Part shown: piece after piece, positions 25,141 through 38,420 of the stretch
Numbering within the stretch: the stretch's first letter is position 1
How the letters are laid out: each line of letters begins with the position of its first letter
Assembly (NCBI RefSeq): GCF_006345805.1
Contig: NC_042999.1
Span: 68,076,001 to 68,140,000, forward strand
DNA length: 64,000 nucleotides
Source of the DNA: Octopus sinensis
Lineage: Eukaryota
Direction: 5' to 3'
Position numbers and translations under genes: made by a program
Notes under the pieces: model-generated
The model's database searches: none
What the model saw: only the letters and a program-made list of their open reading frames with translations
What the model was told of the DNA's origin: nothing

Positions 25141-26859
25141 AACAAGTATTATTATTATTTCTTTCAAGAATGTAGTATGTAATCTGAGGAAGTTTTGATT
25201 CCTATTTCTTGCTGGTTGAATAGCTATATGATGTTTACCTCTGTCTAAACTGAGACAGTTATTCTTTTCGCTGTTGTTTAACACAAGGTCAGCTCTGATA
25301 CGACAGACGTATGATCAAAAATATTTCCACGTTTTGTGGTCATCAATTTTTTTTTTTTTCTATTTCAGGCATAGAAAATCTAGGGCTACAACTGCATTGT
25401 CAACATGTCTTTTGTTTATCAAGACTGTAGGATGTGTGATCTTACTGTTATTTTTAGCAGGACCGAGTGAAAACGTAGTGACGCCCTCGTTGACTTGATT
25501 ATGGAGTTTGTATAAATAAATAATAGTCGGCAGAAAATGATTATCTTATAATCCTTCGCTTTATTTTACCTTTTGAACAAATATTGAATTCTAGCTTTTC
25601 AACAAGGCCAGGAATGTGTAGAGGTAGTAGATCCATTTGTATTGATCCCCATATTTCACTGGTATGTATAGGCTGTAACATAACCCCATTAATCATTGAC
25701 GATATTGTTTGATAGCTAACTTTTATTATAATTATCCTGTGTTGTTTCTTTTTCAGGCAATAACAGCCTTGTCAATAAAATACGATCGATGATTGTTTAG
25801 CAATAAAAGTCAAACAATAAAATTTATTTGCTTCTCGTATTTTTTTTACGACAATTTACCAGGCAATCATAATCCGTTCTATTGGCACAAACCGGAAATA
25901 AAACGTCAGTTCATAAGAATTCACAATTTTCCGAGAAGAACAAGCAGACATTTATTTCTTCTTAATCACGTGACGATGATGTCATTAAGCTAGTTATACA
26001 AACCTACCTGTTTTTAGAAGATATTGAGACGCCATGTTCAGAAATTTCATGAGTTAGTAGGCAAAGAAGTTGAACATCTTACATAATAAGTTGCTACAAC
26101 TGTCTTAGAGACGCCTATACAATGGAATGACTAACAACTTATTTGTTTGGAAATAGTTTCGTAGCATGCAAAACTATCAAGCTTATCAGCACAATGGAAC
26201 GATGATTTTATTAAGCTATTCAAATCTACCTGTTTTAGTAATATCGATGTACCATGTTCAGAAATTTCGCTACCTCGCTGCTTGAGGAGTTGAACATCAT
26301 ACACAAGTTACTACAACTGTCTTAGCCACGCCAAGAAAATATACTGACGAGTAAATTATTTTTCTTGTTATAAGTTTCATTGAATTCAAAACTGTCAAGT
26401 ATATCGACAAGCTTTTGTCATTTAAATGATGCCTTTATACAACCTTGTAGTAGAGGTGCAGTTCTTTCGTTATTCTCTGATAAAACGCCAGCGATTCAGT
26501 AAGGAAATATAGTGACGTTTTCTAGAAGTGTTAAACCATCAAAATAAAGTCTGTCAATGCAAAGACGTCACCGCGAGGCAATAGAAAAAAGAATCAGTAC
26601 ATGATTCTTTTATCTCTGGAATCATTAATGGTAAAATTCTTAAAGAATTATTAGTAAAATCAGTTCTTAACCGTGAGGTTATTACTCCAAAAGTTTTGAT
26701 GCTCAAACATGACGCTGATGATAATATTTTTTTTTTTTTTTTTGTGCCAACTTTCTTGCAACACTGTGAAAAACGAAAACTTCAGAAGTATTTACACGAA
26801 AATTTTTAGGTATCAAGTCGCACAAACAAAAGACAACAATTTTCATCATAAAATAAATG

Positions 26860-27080
26860 TATGAAGGAGTGCTGAAAAGTCCCTGGCTTTGTGTAAAAGA
26901 AAATACAGGAGGATCAGTTAATTATTATTTTATTCAATATATTCCCTTCTCGGATACACACCTATTGCAGTAGTCTTTCAGTTTTTCCAAACCCTGTAAA
27001 AGAACTCGGGAGGTTGGGCCTCCACCCAGGCCTCTCGCGATACCCTTAAAACCAGGAACTTTTCTGCACCTTCTCGTATA
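26860..27080. mobile_element. Mariner-type MITE
   Basis: Imperfect TIRs tatgaaggagtgctgaaaagtccctggct / aaccaggaacttttctgcaccttctcgta with TA termini. Confidence 0.7.
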
Positions 27081-27124
27081 CGTATGCTACTTCGGTAGAA
27101 ATTTGTAACATCGGCATATTAACC

Positions 27125-27355
27125 GGCGAGCTGGCAGAAACGTTAGCACGCCGGGTAAAATGCGTAGCCGTATTTCGTCTGTCGTTACGTTCTGAGTTCA
27201 AATTGCGCCGGGGTCGACTTTGCCTTTCATCCTTTCGGGGTCGATAAATTAAGTACCAGTTACGCACTGGAGTCGATGTAATCGACTTAATCCGTTTGTC
27301 TGTCCTTGTTTGTCCCCTCTATGTTTAGCCCCTTGTGGATAATAAAGAAATATAT
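27125..27355 (+). mobile_element. SINE family B, near-consensus
   Basis: Complete head, core and tail. Confidence 0.9.
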
Positions 27356-27548
27356 ATTGTTCGATTGATCGAATGTTGGTTTTGTCATTGATAAAGACAT
27401 TTAAATGTAAAGAGAGGGTGACAGTCAATCAGAGAAAAGAGAAATGCTATCTCAATACAATAACGAACCATTTAATAAGTTCATTATTTACATTATTTAC
27501 ATTTTGACGGATTTTGCCCTCATCTTAACCACTACGCCATATGCCCAC

Positions 27549-27828
27549 GGGCATATGGCGTAGTGGTTAAAAGCGTAGGCGACTAATCCCAAGACTCCCA
27601 ATTCGATTCCCGGCAGTGACCTGAATAACAACAACAATAACAACAACAACAACATCGAAAAATACCTTAGGAATGAGAACCCAGGTTCAAAACCTCTCCA
27701 AGACACCTGATGAAGGCTGGAGGGTATATCAGCCAAAACGTTGTGTTAACAACAAACAAGATGAGGACAAATATCCGTCAATTGTAAATAATGTACATAA
27801 TTCATCATCTCTTAAATATAGAACTGTA
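27549..27828 (+). mobile_element. tRNA-headed SINE family E carrying a hammerhead-like 3' module
   Basis: A box tggcgtagtgg, B box ttcgattcc, (AAC)n linker, acacCTGATGAaggctg...cagccAAAACgt-t-gtgt at 27703-27746. Confidence 0.75.
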
Positions 27829-28089
27829 TCATTTAATAAGCTTTCGTAAAAATCTGTTTACAAGAATACAAATTGAGGGTTGTGGCATAGCTAGAGTGTG
27901 TGCCACCCAGGGCAGACCTTACGATTGCACCCCACCACATGCCACTAAAACTAAGCAGGAATATACTTCAGTCTCAAACGTGCCACGCCCATAAAAGTGT
28001 CAAGGACCGCCCCCTATCCACCCTAACAGCCTCATCCGCCCCTAGCTCCCTTAACACCCACCTAGCTTCTCTAGCTACACTACTGGCTG

Positions 28090-29900
28090 TGGGGCTAACT
28101 GTGCTATTGAAGCTATATTTATTTGTGAACTCAAGCTGATTGTTGTGATCGATAGAGGAGCCATCAAATTGTAAACCGTATAAAAAGCATACATTTTCTT
28201 TTTCAAATAGAAAACCTCAAAGAAAATGTCCTAACTACTGATGCGAAAATCTTACAAATGCATAAAAGATACTCAACTACCATAAAACTTCGAGATAAAA
28301 GCTATTCTAGCATCAAATTGCAAATCATTTCCTTTTGTGTGGAGTCAGTTATCCGTGGCAGAAGATTTTATGTTGAGACATTCAAAATGACAATTTTTTT
28401 GTTGTTAGTTTAATGGTCCTAATGGAAATTTCACGACCGGTTGTCAATGTATCTTTTAAAACCGGAATTAATAAAAATCGGTTCTTATATTTGAATTTCT
28501 GAGTCACAAAGCAAAACCTTTTTCCACTTGGTCTCGAAGATTTGGAATCCAAGACAGAATTCATTGAAGAAGAAATCAATCTATTGCAATACAATGATAT
28601 CATTGAACCAAGTCTTTCGGATTAGTGGAACCAGGAACGGGAAAAAGGCGATTAGCGGTAGATTACAGTCGTACAGCCTATCAATACACCGCTTTCGACA
28701 ATTTCTTAATTTCCTTGATTGAGGAAAGGGTTAATAATTTGACAAAACTTAACATCTTTTCTACACATGATCTCCGACTTTCACATCATCAAATACCACT
28801 TCCAGATTTTATAAGTATTCATACAGGTTGTAGCAATCCTGTAGGGTTCTTGTTAGCCTTGCAAATTGGATATCTTGTTTGATAAAATAGTTGACAATGA
28901 CGATGTGAGCAATACTTTTGCCTACACAAATAACATGACAGTCACTGGAGATTCTCTAGCGAACCACGACCACGAATACTATAGACGAACTAATGGAAAT
29001 AGTTCGCCAAATAAGCCACGAAAAATTAGTTTACTGAATATCAAAGATATCTAATCATAGTCACTCAATTTCAAACCAATCGCTTCTAAATGATCCAATA
29101 ACTATAGAATCCCTCTTCACTATTTCTCTTTCATCAGAAAGTAAATCTTTGAAATATATGGCGAGTCTCTTCAATTACTACACTCAGTGAGTACACGGTT
29201 TTTCAAAAAGATTCGTTTAATAAAATGCACTTCATTTTCTCTTAAATCAAATGACATAATGGTATTCGAATCAATAAAATGTAGCACTGTAGGATCTGTT
29301 TTGGTTGTTATCGACGAAGAGGAAGCATTCCAAATATATATCTGATTATGCTATTGGTACAACTCGTTATCAAAATGCACCTTTTACTTTCTATCAAAAA
29401 CAGAAATTTATAGTTCTGCAAGGGGAAGGAAGTTCGATCAATAGATGAAGTTTCTATTTCTCAGTAAAACATTGTTCAATTGTAACTCATGTTTAAAATC
29501 CTAGCTATATTTCCGCACTAAACATTCTAAAATAAGAACGACAAAATTCAAAGATGGTGCATTAAAAATGCTGGAATATTTTTTCGATATTCGCCATCGT
29601 CCTGATTCACAAAATGTCGCTGCAGATGCGTTATTTTGGGTGTCTTCGATCGTAACAACTACATTAACGTTAAAACAATATGACGATTAACTAAGGCATC
29701 TAAAAATAACTTGGTAGCAGTCTATTTTGTAAACGGGTGCCATCATCTGTAGAACAACGAAGTCCGACTGAGACATAGTGACTGCTCAGTCTTTTCCCAG
29801 TTTTCCTTGTTATTTCCGCGATACTAACAGCAAATTGATTCAGATAGCTAAGCCCTTCGAAAGACTCAATAATCGTTTCAAGATAATCATTTCAAAGACC
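28090..29900 (+). mobile_element. Decayed Ty3/Gypsy pol (protease-RT-RNase H-integrase start)
   Basis: VVIDRGA; EFIEEEINLLQYNDIIEPS; KRRLAVDYSRT; FSTHDLRLSHHQIPL; TFAYTNNMTVTG; KNDKIQRW...DIRHRPDSQNVAADAL; LIQIAKPFERL in correct order with stops and frameshifts. Confidence 0.8.
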
Positions 29901-31515
29901 TAATAATTATTTCACTTCTTACTAACACAAACCACGCAAATATGTCAACACTTGTCGATGATTTTACATGCGTCTTTTTTACCGTCTTGCAAGTATCGAC
30001 TTCTGAATATGCCTTAGTGACTGTGATATGTATCTGTTCTATTTGGTTGTACGACATTGCCTTGTGTGCAAAATTGGTCTTCCTTAGCAGAATATGTGCA
30101 CATTTATGCGAGTTTTACTCAAATTTTTTTCTATTTAAAGAAAGCGGTTTCACCTAGAAATTTCTTATGTGCACACGTTGTTTTCCGCGCTTAGTTGCAA
30201 AATGTGTGCGCGCGCACAAGCGCACTGTTTAGAGTGGGGAACAGTAGTCCAGACATTCAACCAATATTAGTGTCATTCATGCAACAACAAAATTTCCGTT
30301 TGTCAGTAACAGTATTAACCAAGTAACCTTTCAGACTAGGATAATGAAATCTGGCATTCTAGCTGTAAAATAAGGCATCTTAAATTACTCATTGAAGAGA
30401 TAGTGAGTTTTGTTTTCTAAAGCCAGAGGACATTGTAACATAATCTTCCATTAATCATCAAGTATATTATTAAATAGATGACTATAACATTTTATTTATA
30501 CACTCTTATCTTGTTTGTTTATAGTATTATTATAATGTTTATATTATTACATTATTATTCTGTTTCAGACAGCGTTATGATTAAAGTTCAGTTGATGATT
30601 GTTTGGTAATAAATGTCAAATAATAAGATTTATTTGCTTTTCGTATTTGTTTTATGAGAGAGAGAGAGAGAAGGAGAGTTAAAAAGGAAAATTGACCCTG
30701 ATGAAATTTGAATACAGAAAAGAAAGGGACGTAACTGAATATCGTACAGCGTTTAGTCCCAATACGCCACTGTTTCGGTTACTCACTGTCTCATCAGTCA
30801 CCAGAACTAGGTGATCGAGGACCACCTCAACTTAACTCCACCAAACTCGCAGTCACTGCTCCGCTCGTCACTTATGTCGTATTCACCAATTTTGATCAAG
30901 GTGTCACATGACTAAAGGCATCCCTAATGTGACCATCCTTCTCCCTTCCCAGCTATTTAACACAGTGTAGCTAGAAGTATGCTATCATATCCTTCCTTTT
31001 TAAGACGTTAGGGTATAGTCTCAGAGAGAATTAGCTGCTATTTCTATAAGCTCAAAGTCCAAGAAGAAGTCTCCTGATTAGCTGAAGAATCTCTTTGAAT
31101 TCCTAATGTGACCATCCAGTCTGTTTCCCAAGCATTGTATACACTGCATCCAGAAGTATAACATCCTTTGTGTCCTTCTTTTTAAGATGTTAGGTTATAA
31201 TTTGACATGGATTTAGTTGCTAATTTTATAAACTCAAACGTCCACGAAGAGGTCTTCAAATTAGTTCAAGAGGATGTCATAGTGCTGTGTGACATGACCA
31301 AACCATTTCAATTTCTGCTTTTAACAATTGACAGAAATGTGCCTGGATTCGCACTCTTCAAAAACAATTTTCTTTTAACATTCTCGTTAATTTGATGTTC
31401 AGTAATGGTGAATACAAAGGGATTTTTTTCTATAACATTTCATTTAAAAAACATCCATGTTCTCTCTCACTCTCCCTTACTCTCTCTTCTTTCTTTCTTT
31501 CTTTCTTTCTCTCTT

Positions 31516-31588
<73 letters not shown>

Positions 31589-31954
31589 TTCTCATCCACC
31601 GCTCACCTTCAGTAGTTAACAATTATGACTTGTACCCAAAGAGTGAAGGCGAAAAAAGAAAAAAATAATATTGCGTTTTTTTTTTAAGAGCAATAGTAAT
31701 TTTTTTTTTTTTCAATATTCATTAAAAATATGTTTAAAGAAATCAGGTTACGATAGGATGAAGAAGCTTCGTGCAATGCTAATACTGCTACTACTCGAAC
31801 TAATTCTCCTGCTGCTGTTGCACAGTGTTGTGTTCGTTCTTTCTTATGCATGAAGGTTGCATGCAGAGATCAAATGAAAACAGTTGCATCAAGAGCCACG
31901 GCGCCATTATTCTTGGTCTTACACCTGATTATCATAAATATTCTTTTCTATTCT

Positions 31955-32340
31955 AGGCACAAAGCCCGAAATTTTTGGAGAAGGGGCCAGTCGATTAGAT
32001 CGACCCCAGCACGCAGCTGGTACTTTAATTTATTGGCCCCGAAGGGATGAAAGGCAAAATCGACCTCGGCGGTTTTTGAACTCAGAACGTAAACACAGAC
32101 GAAATACCTATTTCTTTACTACCCACAAGGGGTTAAACACAGAGAGGGCAAACAAGGACAGACAAAAGGATTAAGTCGATTATATCGACCACAGTGCGTA
32201 ACTGGTACTTATTTAATCGACCCCGAAAGGATGGAAGGCAAAGTCGACCTCGGCGGAATTTGAACTCAGAACGTAAAGACAGACGAAATACTCTAAACAT
32301 TTCGCCCGGCGTGCTAACGATTCTGCCAGCTCGCCGCCTT
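31955..32340 (-). mobile_element. Tandem SINE family B copies
   Basis: Core block occurs twice. Confidence 0.85.
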
Positions 32341-32744
32341 ATATTATCATAAATATTGAGATCACTATTCAAAGTGCAAAGCAATGGCAGAATTCGTAAA
32401 GCATCAGAGAAAACATCTGATAGTATTTATTTTTTTACTTTTTATTTGTTTGGGGATCATTGGACTGCGTTCATGCGGAGCATCGTTTTGAAGGGCTAAT
32501 TCAAAGACTGCAGATCTAATCCATCACTGGAACTGTAAAAAGCTGTAAAACTTTCCAGAAGTTTATCATTTAAATATATATGATCATGTCTAGATATGCA
32601 ACAATATGCATGAGAATACATATATAAAACAGAACATGCAAATCTGCACGTACACATACATACATACACACACACACATACATACATACATACATACATA
32701 CATACATACATACATACATACATACATACATACATACATACATA

Positions 32745-32930
32745 CATAGTTGAAATTTATAGAGATACAAAAGACGAAAACAGGTGTATGAACAACAAGC
32801 AAATGTATTAGGTTGACGTTCGAGACAGTGAGAAAGTCTTTTACGTTTTGAGCATATGCTCTTCAGCAGAAAGGAATAAGAGAAAATAAATAGAGAATGA
32901 AAAACGCTTGTGGATTTTAGCGGTCCAGCA
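32745..32930 (-). mobile_element. PLE-derived repeat with degenerate hammerhead (32838-32873)
   Basis: Minus strand: CTTT-CTGCTGA-a-GAGC-atat-GCTC-AAA-ACGT-A-AAAG. Confidence 0.55.
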
Positions 32931-33039
32931 TGGCATACAAACATGCATACATACATACATACATACATACATACATACATACATACATACATACATACAT
33001 ACATACATACATACATACATACATACATACATTAGGTAA

Positions 33040-33295
33040 CGGTAAAGTTAGCTTCTCGAGTCATACCGACTCATAAGGGCCGTTTTCCCGATTTCATGGC
33101 ATGTATATTCCCCCACCTGGACGGGAGGCCGCTGGTCCCTTGTTGGATTACTTATTTGTATCAGCTGAGTGGACTGGAGCAACATGAAATGTAATGTATT
33201 GCTCAAGAACACAAAGCGACGCCCGCTCCAGGAAACGAAACCACAATCTTACGATCATGGGTTCATCACCCCAACCACTAAGCCACGCGATTCTA
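33040..33295 (-). mobile_element. tRNA-derived SINE, family D-related
   Basis: Head gtggcttagtggtt...gtttcgtttcc; central ttcttgagc...gttgctccagtccactcagctg. Confidence 0.7.
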
Positions 33296-34144
33296 CACAT
33301 ACAGCCAGACAGACAGACAAACAAACATATATGTGTGTATGTAAGAGAGAGAGAGCGCGCGAGAGAGAAGGAAAGAGAGTGATGTCTGAAATCGGTCGCG
33401 ACAAAGACCGACAGATAGACAGGCAAACGGACGGACGGACAGACATGGAAACGGCTAAAGAGGAGATAAGTGAAGAGAGGTTTGGGGTGGAATTGGTTTT
33501 TAGTTTGACCTCATTATATATCGCTTTTGTTTTGTTGTTATATATTATCATTTTTTATTGTTGTTATTGTTTTTTTCCCCCTAGAAGAATGTTCATCTCC
33601 TAGATTAGACCACTTCTCTCTACCGCAACCATTCCCTCCATAATTCACTGAGAAAAAGAAAAACGAATAACGGAGAAAGATCTTGAGCTAGATCTAAGAC
33701 AACATCAACAACATCAACAACAACAGCAACAACTGTGGAACAATAAAACGCTAGATTATCTCAAACACATGGCATATATTTGAATAAGCTTCATCAAAGG
33801 ACAAAATTCTTGTAATATCTCAGGGAAAATATTACATTCTATTTACGATTCTAATGTAAAATAGGCATTGTCTTCAGCAAACTGGAATTTCGTTTTATTT
33901 TATTATATTTGTTTATTTACTGTATCTTTTATTTTATCTAATTTTCATTTTGTCCATTCTTAAAATATCGCGGACAAAAATATGCCGCAGTTTTAGCATA
34001 CATGTTTTTTTAATATTTTTTCCTAATTTCTATTTTTTAAAAATACATTTTTTCTAATTTGTTTCAATTTTTTTTTCTTAACTATTTTTGTAACTCATTT
34101 TTTCCTTCTAGTATTTTTGCTAATATTTTTTTATTAATTGTTTC

Positions 34145-34204
<60 letters not shown>

Positions 34205-34211
34205 TTGGCTG

Positions 34212-34410
34212 CGAGATGGTAGAAACGTTAGCGCACCGGGCAAAATGCTTAGCAAAATGCTTCATCCGGTTTTACTTTCTGAGTTCAAATCCCGCCGAGG
34301 TCCACTTTGCTTTTCTTCCTTGCGGGGTCGATAAACTAAGCACCAGTTGAAGAATGGGGTCGATGTTATCGACTTGCAGCCCCCCACTCCCGAAACTGCT
34401 GGCATTGTTC
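34212..34410 (+). mobile_element. SINE family B
   Basis: Similarity to family B. Confidence 0.75.
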
Positions 34411-34429
34411 TGTAAAAAGGATTATGATT

Positions 34430-34966
34430 ATGCCATCAAAATGACACTGGGGTATAAATATACGAAGCCCAGTATACCCACCATAAGTACCCGTCTGAGA
34501 AGGGTACACTAGGTACATGCATCTTAACCATATGTGCGCGACATTGTGATCTAGTATCAAGATAAACAGCGCATGACCTTGCAGGTGGGGCCCAGTTAGA
34601 ATTCTCTTCAGATCGAGTAGCCCATCCCGCTCAAAGGGTCCTTGAAAAAGAGTTGTTTAAGGACGTTGAACGAAACACCATGTTTCCAGAGGTGAATTAT
34701 TCAAATCCCAAAGAATCCCTCTCAACACATGGCCATGATGCTCCCCCACTACTTCTGCTCGTGATCAGAGATGCACGTATCGTCAACCATAAAAGGACAT
34801 GGTCAACTGGTTAAGGTTAAGCAACTGACAAGCAAATCTGTGGCATTGAGCAGAATATTTGCCGTAGCTCATCTTTTATACCAAGACAAAACAATGTACA
34901 TGGTAACATTTCCAATCAGTTAAGATCAGAAGCCATGAGTCAGTGCCAGGTATTGCATCAGGCCAT
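34430..34966 (-). mobile_element. ~530-bp non-coding repeat family F, associated with (TAA)n
   Basis: Homologous to 53710-54250 and 53348-53490; abuts TAA tracts. Confidence 0.8.
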
Positions 34967-35027
<61 letters not shown>

Positions 35028-35053
35028 CATCATCATTATTATCATTATTATCA

Positions 35054-35084
<31 letters not shown>

Positions 35085-35090
35085 CATTAA

Positions 35091-35134
<44 letters not shown>

Positions 35135-35163
35135 TATTATTATTATCATCATCATCATCATTA

Positions 35164-35850
35164 TTGCCTTTGCACAGCTTCTAACGCTGGAGATGTAATA
35201 CAGTGTCGGCTGTTCACTACCAGTGAACTAAGGTAACCGCTCTTATTTTTCGAGTACCTTCCGGAGTATTCCAGCCGTTCCAAGCAGTGCTGTTTTCTGC
35301 AAGTGCTCCACCCTTATTGCAGCCAATAATTGTTCCTCGTACTTCTCGAGATTTTTGCTCACTGTTCCCAGGGTGCCGACAATTATTGGTATTACTTCTA
35401 CTTTTTTTCATCGACCACAACTGCTTAACTTCCCAAGCTAACCTATCATATCTCTCGACTTTTCTTTCTTTCTTATCGTATACCTTGTTGTCAGCTGGGC
35501 ATGCTATATCTATGATCCAGCATAGTTTGTTTTCTTTCTCAATCAAGACTATATCCGGCTTCCTATTCTCAATCTCATGGTTGCACAGAATCATAAAATC
35601 CCATAAGATCTTTGCATTTCTATTTTCAACGATGACTTCAGGTTTGTGTTCGTACCATTTTTTTTTACTGTCAAGTCCATACTTGTTGCAAAGTGTCCAA
35701 TGGACAAGCCCGGCTATATTGTCGTGGCATCTCTTATATTCCTTCTGGGCTAGTGGCGTACATTGGCTGGTAATATGCCATACGGTTTCACCGTTTTGTC
35801 TACAGATTCTGCACTTATCACTTTCTGCTGTATTGTCTATTCTGTATATA
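35164..35850 (-). mobile_element. R4/Dong-like non-LTR element 3' fragment (CCHC knuckle + restriction-like endonuclease), lineage 1
   Basis: CRICRQNGETVWHITSQC; RKPDIVLIEK...IIDIACP...RKVERY; flanked by (TAA)n on both sides. Confidence 0.85.
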
Positions 35851-35876
35851 TTATTATTATTATTATTATTATTATT

Positions 35877-36052
35877 CTATGTTTGACTTTTGCTTTATGT
35901 CTGTACAAGTTGGCTCCATGTCTCACCCAGAGACCTCAAGAGACAACAGGTTGGAAGTTCTGTGCCATATATTGGGTTTTTTTTTTTTTTTTGGTGTTGT
36001 ACTAGTGAATGTCTAATACATAAAAATAAATTAAAAAAAAAAAAGATTAAAA

Positions 36053-36084
<32 letters not shown>

Positions 36085-36960
36085 AAATAAAAAAAAGTTT
36101 GTTTTAAACCTTGGGATTACATAGAGAGTATTTTGCGTAGGATATGAGCAGTTCCCGTGAGCAGTTCCCATGAGCACTATCTTGAATTTCTGCCATTTTG
36201 GGGTTTCCTGGTATCTGAGTTAGGTAGCAATCAGTCCCTTTCGCTATCATTCCCAGGGCACCTATGACAACAGGTATTGTTTTAGTCTTCAGATTCCACA
36301 TTTTGCTGATTTCTATTTCAAGATCTTTATATTTGCTCAGTTTTTGGTAGGTCTTGACAGATACGTTTATATCGATTGGGACAGTCATATCAATGAGGAG
36401 GCATGTTCTTTGTCTGAAGTCTTTCAATATGATGTCTGGCCTATTTGCATCTATCTTCCTGTCAGTTTGAATGGTGAAGTTCCAGAGGAGTGAGATGTGG
36501 TCATTTTCAAGCACTGGAGGTGGATTGTGTTCCCACTAGTTTTTTCATGGGGCAAATCCAGGTTTTGCAAATTACCCAGTGAATATATTGTGCAGCTCTA
36601 TCATGCCTGTTGAGGTACTCTGTAGGCGCTAGAAGACTGCATTTGGAGACAACATGATCAATGGTTTCATTTTGTTGTCGGCATACACGACATGTTGGGC
36701 TACTGCCGTTCTTTAATATGTTGGCCTGGTAGTTTCTTGTTGGTAGGCATTGATCTTGAGCTGCTATGATAAACCCCTCTGTTTCAGATTTTAAGCCAGA
36801 GGCCATTAGCCATTGATGGATCAGGGCTTTGTCAATATCTGCATTATTCGCTCTCTTTGGGTATTTGCCATAGAGAGGTTTTTCTTGCCATTTATTATTC
36901 AGAATATCTAAGGCCGCAGTTTTGGCACGGGTTTTCATGCGCCTAGCTTTTTCTGTGCTT
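35877..36960 (-). mobile_element. R4/Dong-like non-LTR element 3' fragment, lineage 2
   Basis: AAQDQCLPTRNY...CRVCRQQNETIDHVVSKC; NRPDIILKD...LIDMTVP...QKLSKY...IPVVIGALG; frameshifted; (TAA)n on both sides. Confidence 0.9.
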
Positions 36961-36987
36961 ATTATTATTATTATTATTTTTCTGTGC

Positions 36988-37039
<52 letters not shown>

Positions 37040-37106
37040 CATCATCATCATCATCATCATCATTATTATTATTATTATTATTACTATTATTATTATATTA
37101 TTATTA

Positions 37107-37164
<58 letters not shown>

Positions 37165-37192
37165 CACCATCATCATCATCATTATTATTATT

Positions 37193-37232
<40 letters not shown>

Positions 37233-37233
37233 C

Positions 37234-37281
<48 letters not shown>

Positions 37282-37629
37282 CATTATTATTATTATTATT
37301 ATTATTATTTTCATAATTTCTTTCTTTTTTCCGGTTTACTTGTAAGGCCGCTATTGGTACAGCATGACCGGATTGTTGGCAGGAGGATAATCACCCAGAT
37401 TTCAGCAAATACCTGTGAGAACAGGTAAACACGTCGGACACATTTCTCACCTGCCTGCAACCTCTCTTTTCCAAACAGGATCTATCCTATGATTTCCACA
37501 TCTAAATACAACTTTATTCAATTTGAGCCGTTGCCAGCTTTTCTGTTTATATGCATGTGCATGTGTGTGTGCGAGCGTGTATGTGTGTATGCGTGTTTGT
37601 ATGTGCATGTGAATATAAGTGTGCGTGTA

Positions 37630-37675
<46 letters not shown>

Positions 37676-37890
37676 CATGTAAGTGTGCGTGTATATATAT
37701 ATACATATATATATATATACATATATGTATGTGTGTGTTTGTGTGCGTGTGTGCTTATGTGTATATGCATATATGCATACATGCATGCGTATGTATGTAT
37801 GTATGTATTTATGTATGTATGTTGTATGTATGTATGTATGTATTTATGTATGTATGTAAGTATGTATGTGTATCTATGTATGTGCGTGTG

Positions 37891-37937
<47 letters not shown>

Positions 37938-38040
37938 TATATATATATTATATATATGTAAGTATATGCATAGAAATACATATCTATATATTTCTCTCTC
38001 TCTCTCTCTCTCTCTTTATATATATATAATATATACATAC

Positions 38041-38071
<31 letters not shown>

Positions 38072-38128
38072 TATATTATATATATATATATATTTGTAGA
38101 TATATATATGTGTGTGTTTTCTGTGTGC

Positions 38129-38203
<75 letters not shown>

Positions 38204-38309
38204 TAGATATAGATATTATATATATATAAATGTATGTATGTATGTGTATGTATGTATGTAGTATGTATGTATGTATGTATGTTTGTATGTATGTATGTAT
38301 TTATATATG

Positions 38310-38373
<64 letters not shown>

Positions 38374-38420
38374 AACGCGCATGCATATATATGTGCGCAC
38401 ACATATATACGTGTGTGCGA
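36960..38420. repeat. (ATT/ATC)n tract followed by compound TA/TG/TATG/GATA microsatellite field
   Basis: Directly visible. Confidence 0.85.

Noticed and set aside
30766-30797. Minus-strand CTGATGA-gacagtgagtaacc-GAAAC
   Set aside because: Core words present, but stem II is only 1 bp and no stem I; could be chance or heavily decayed
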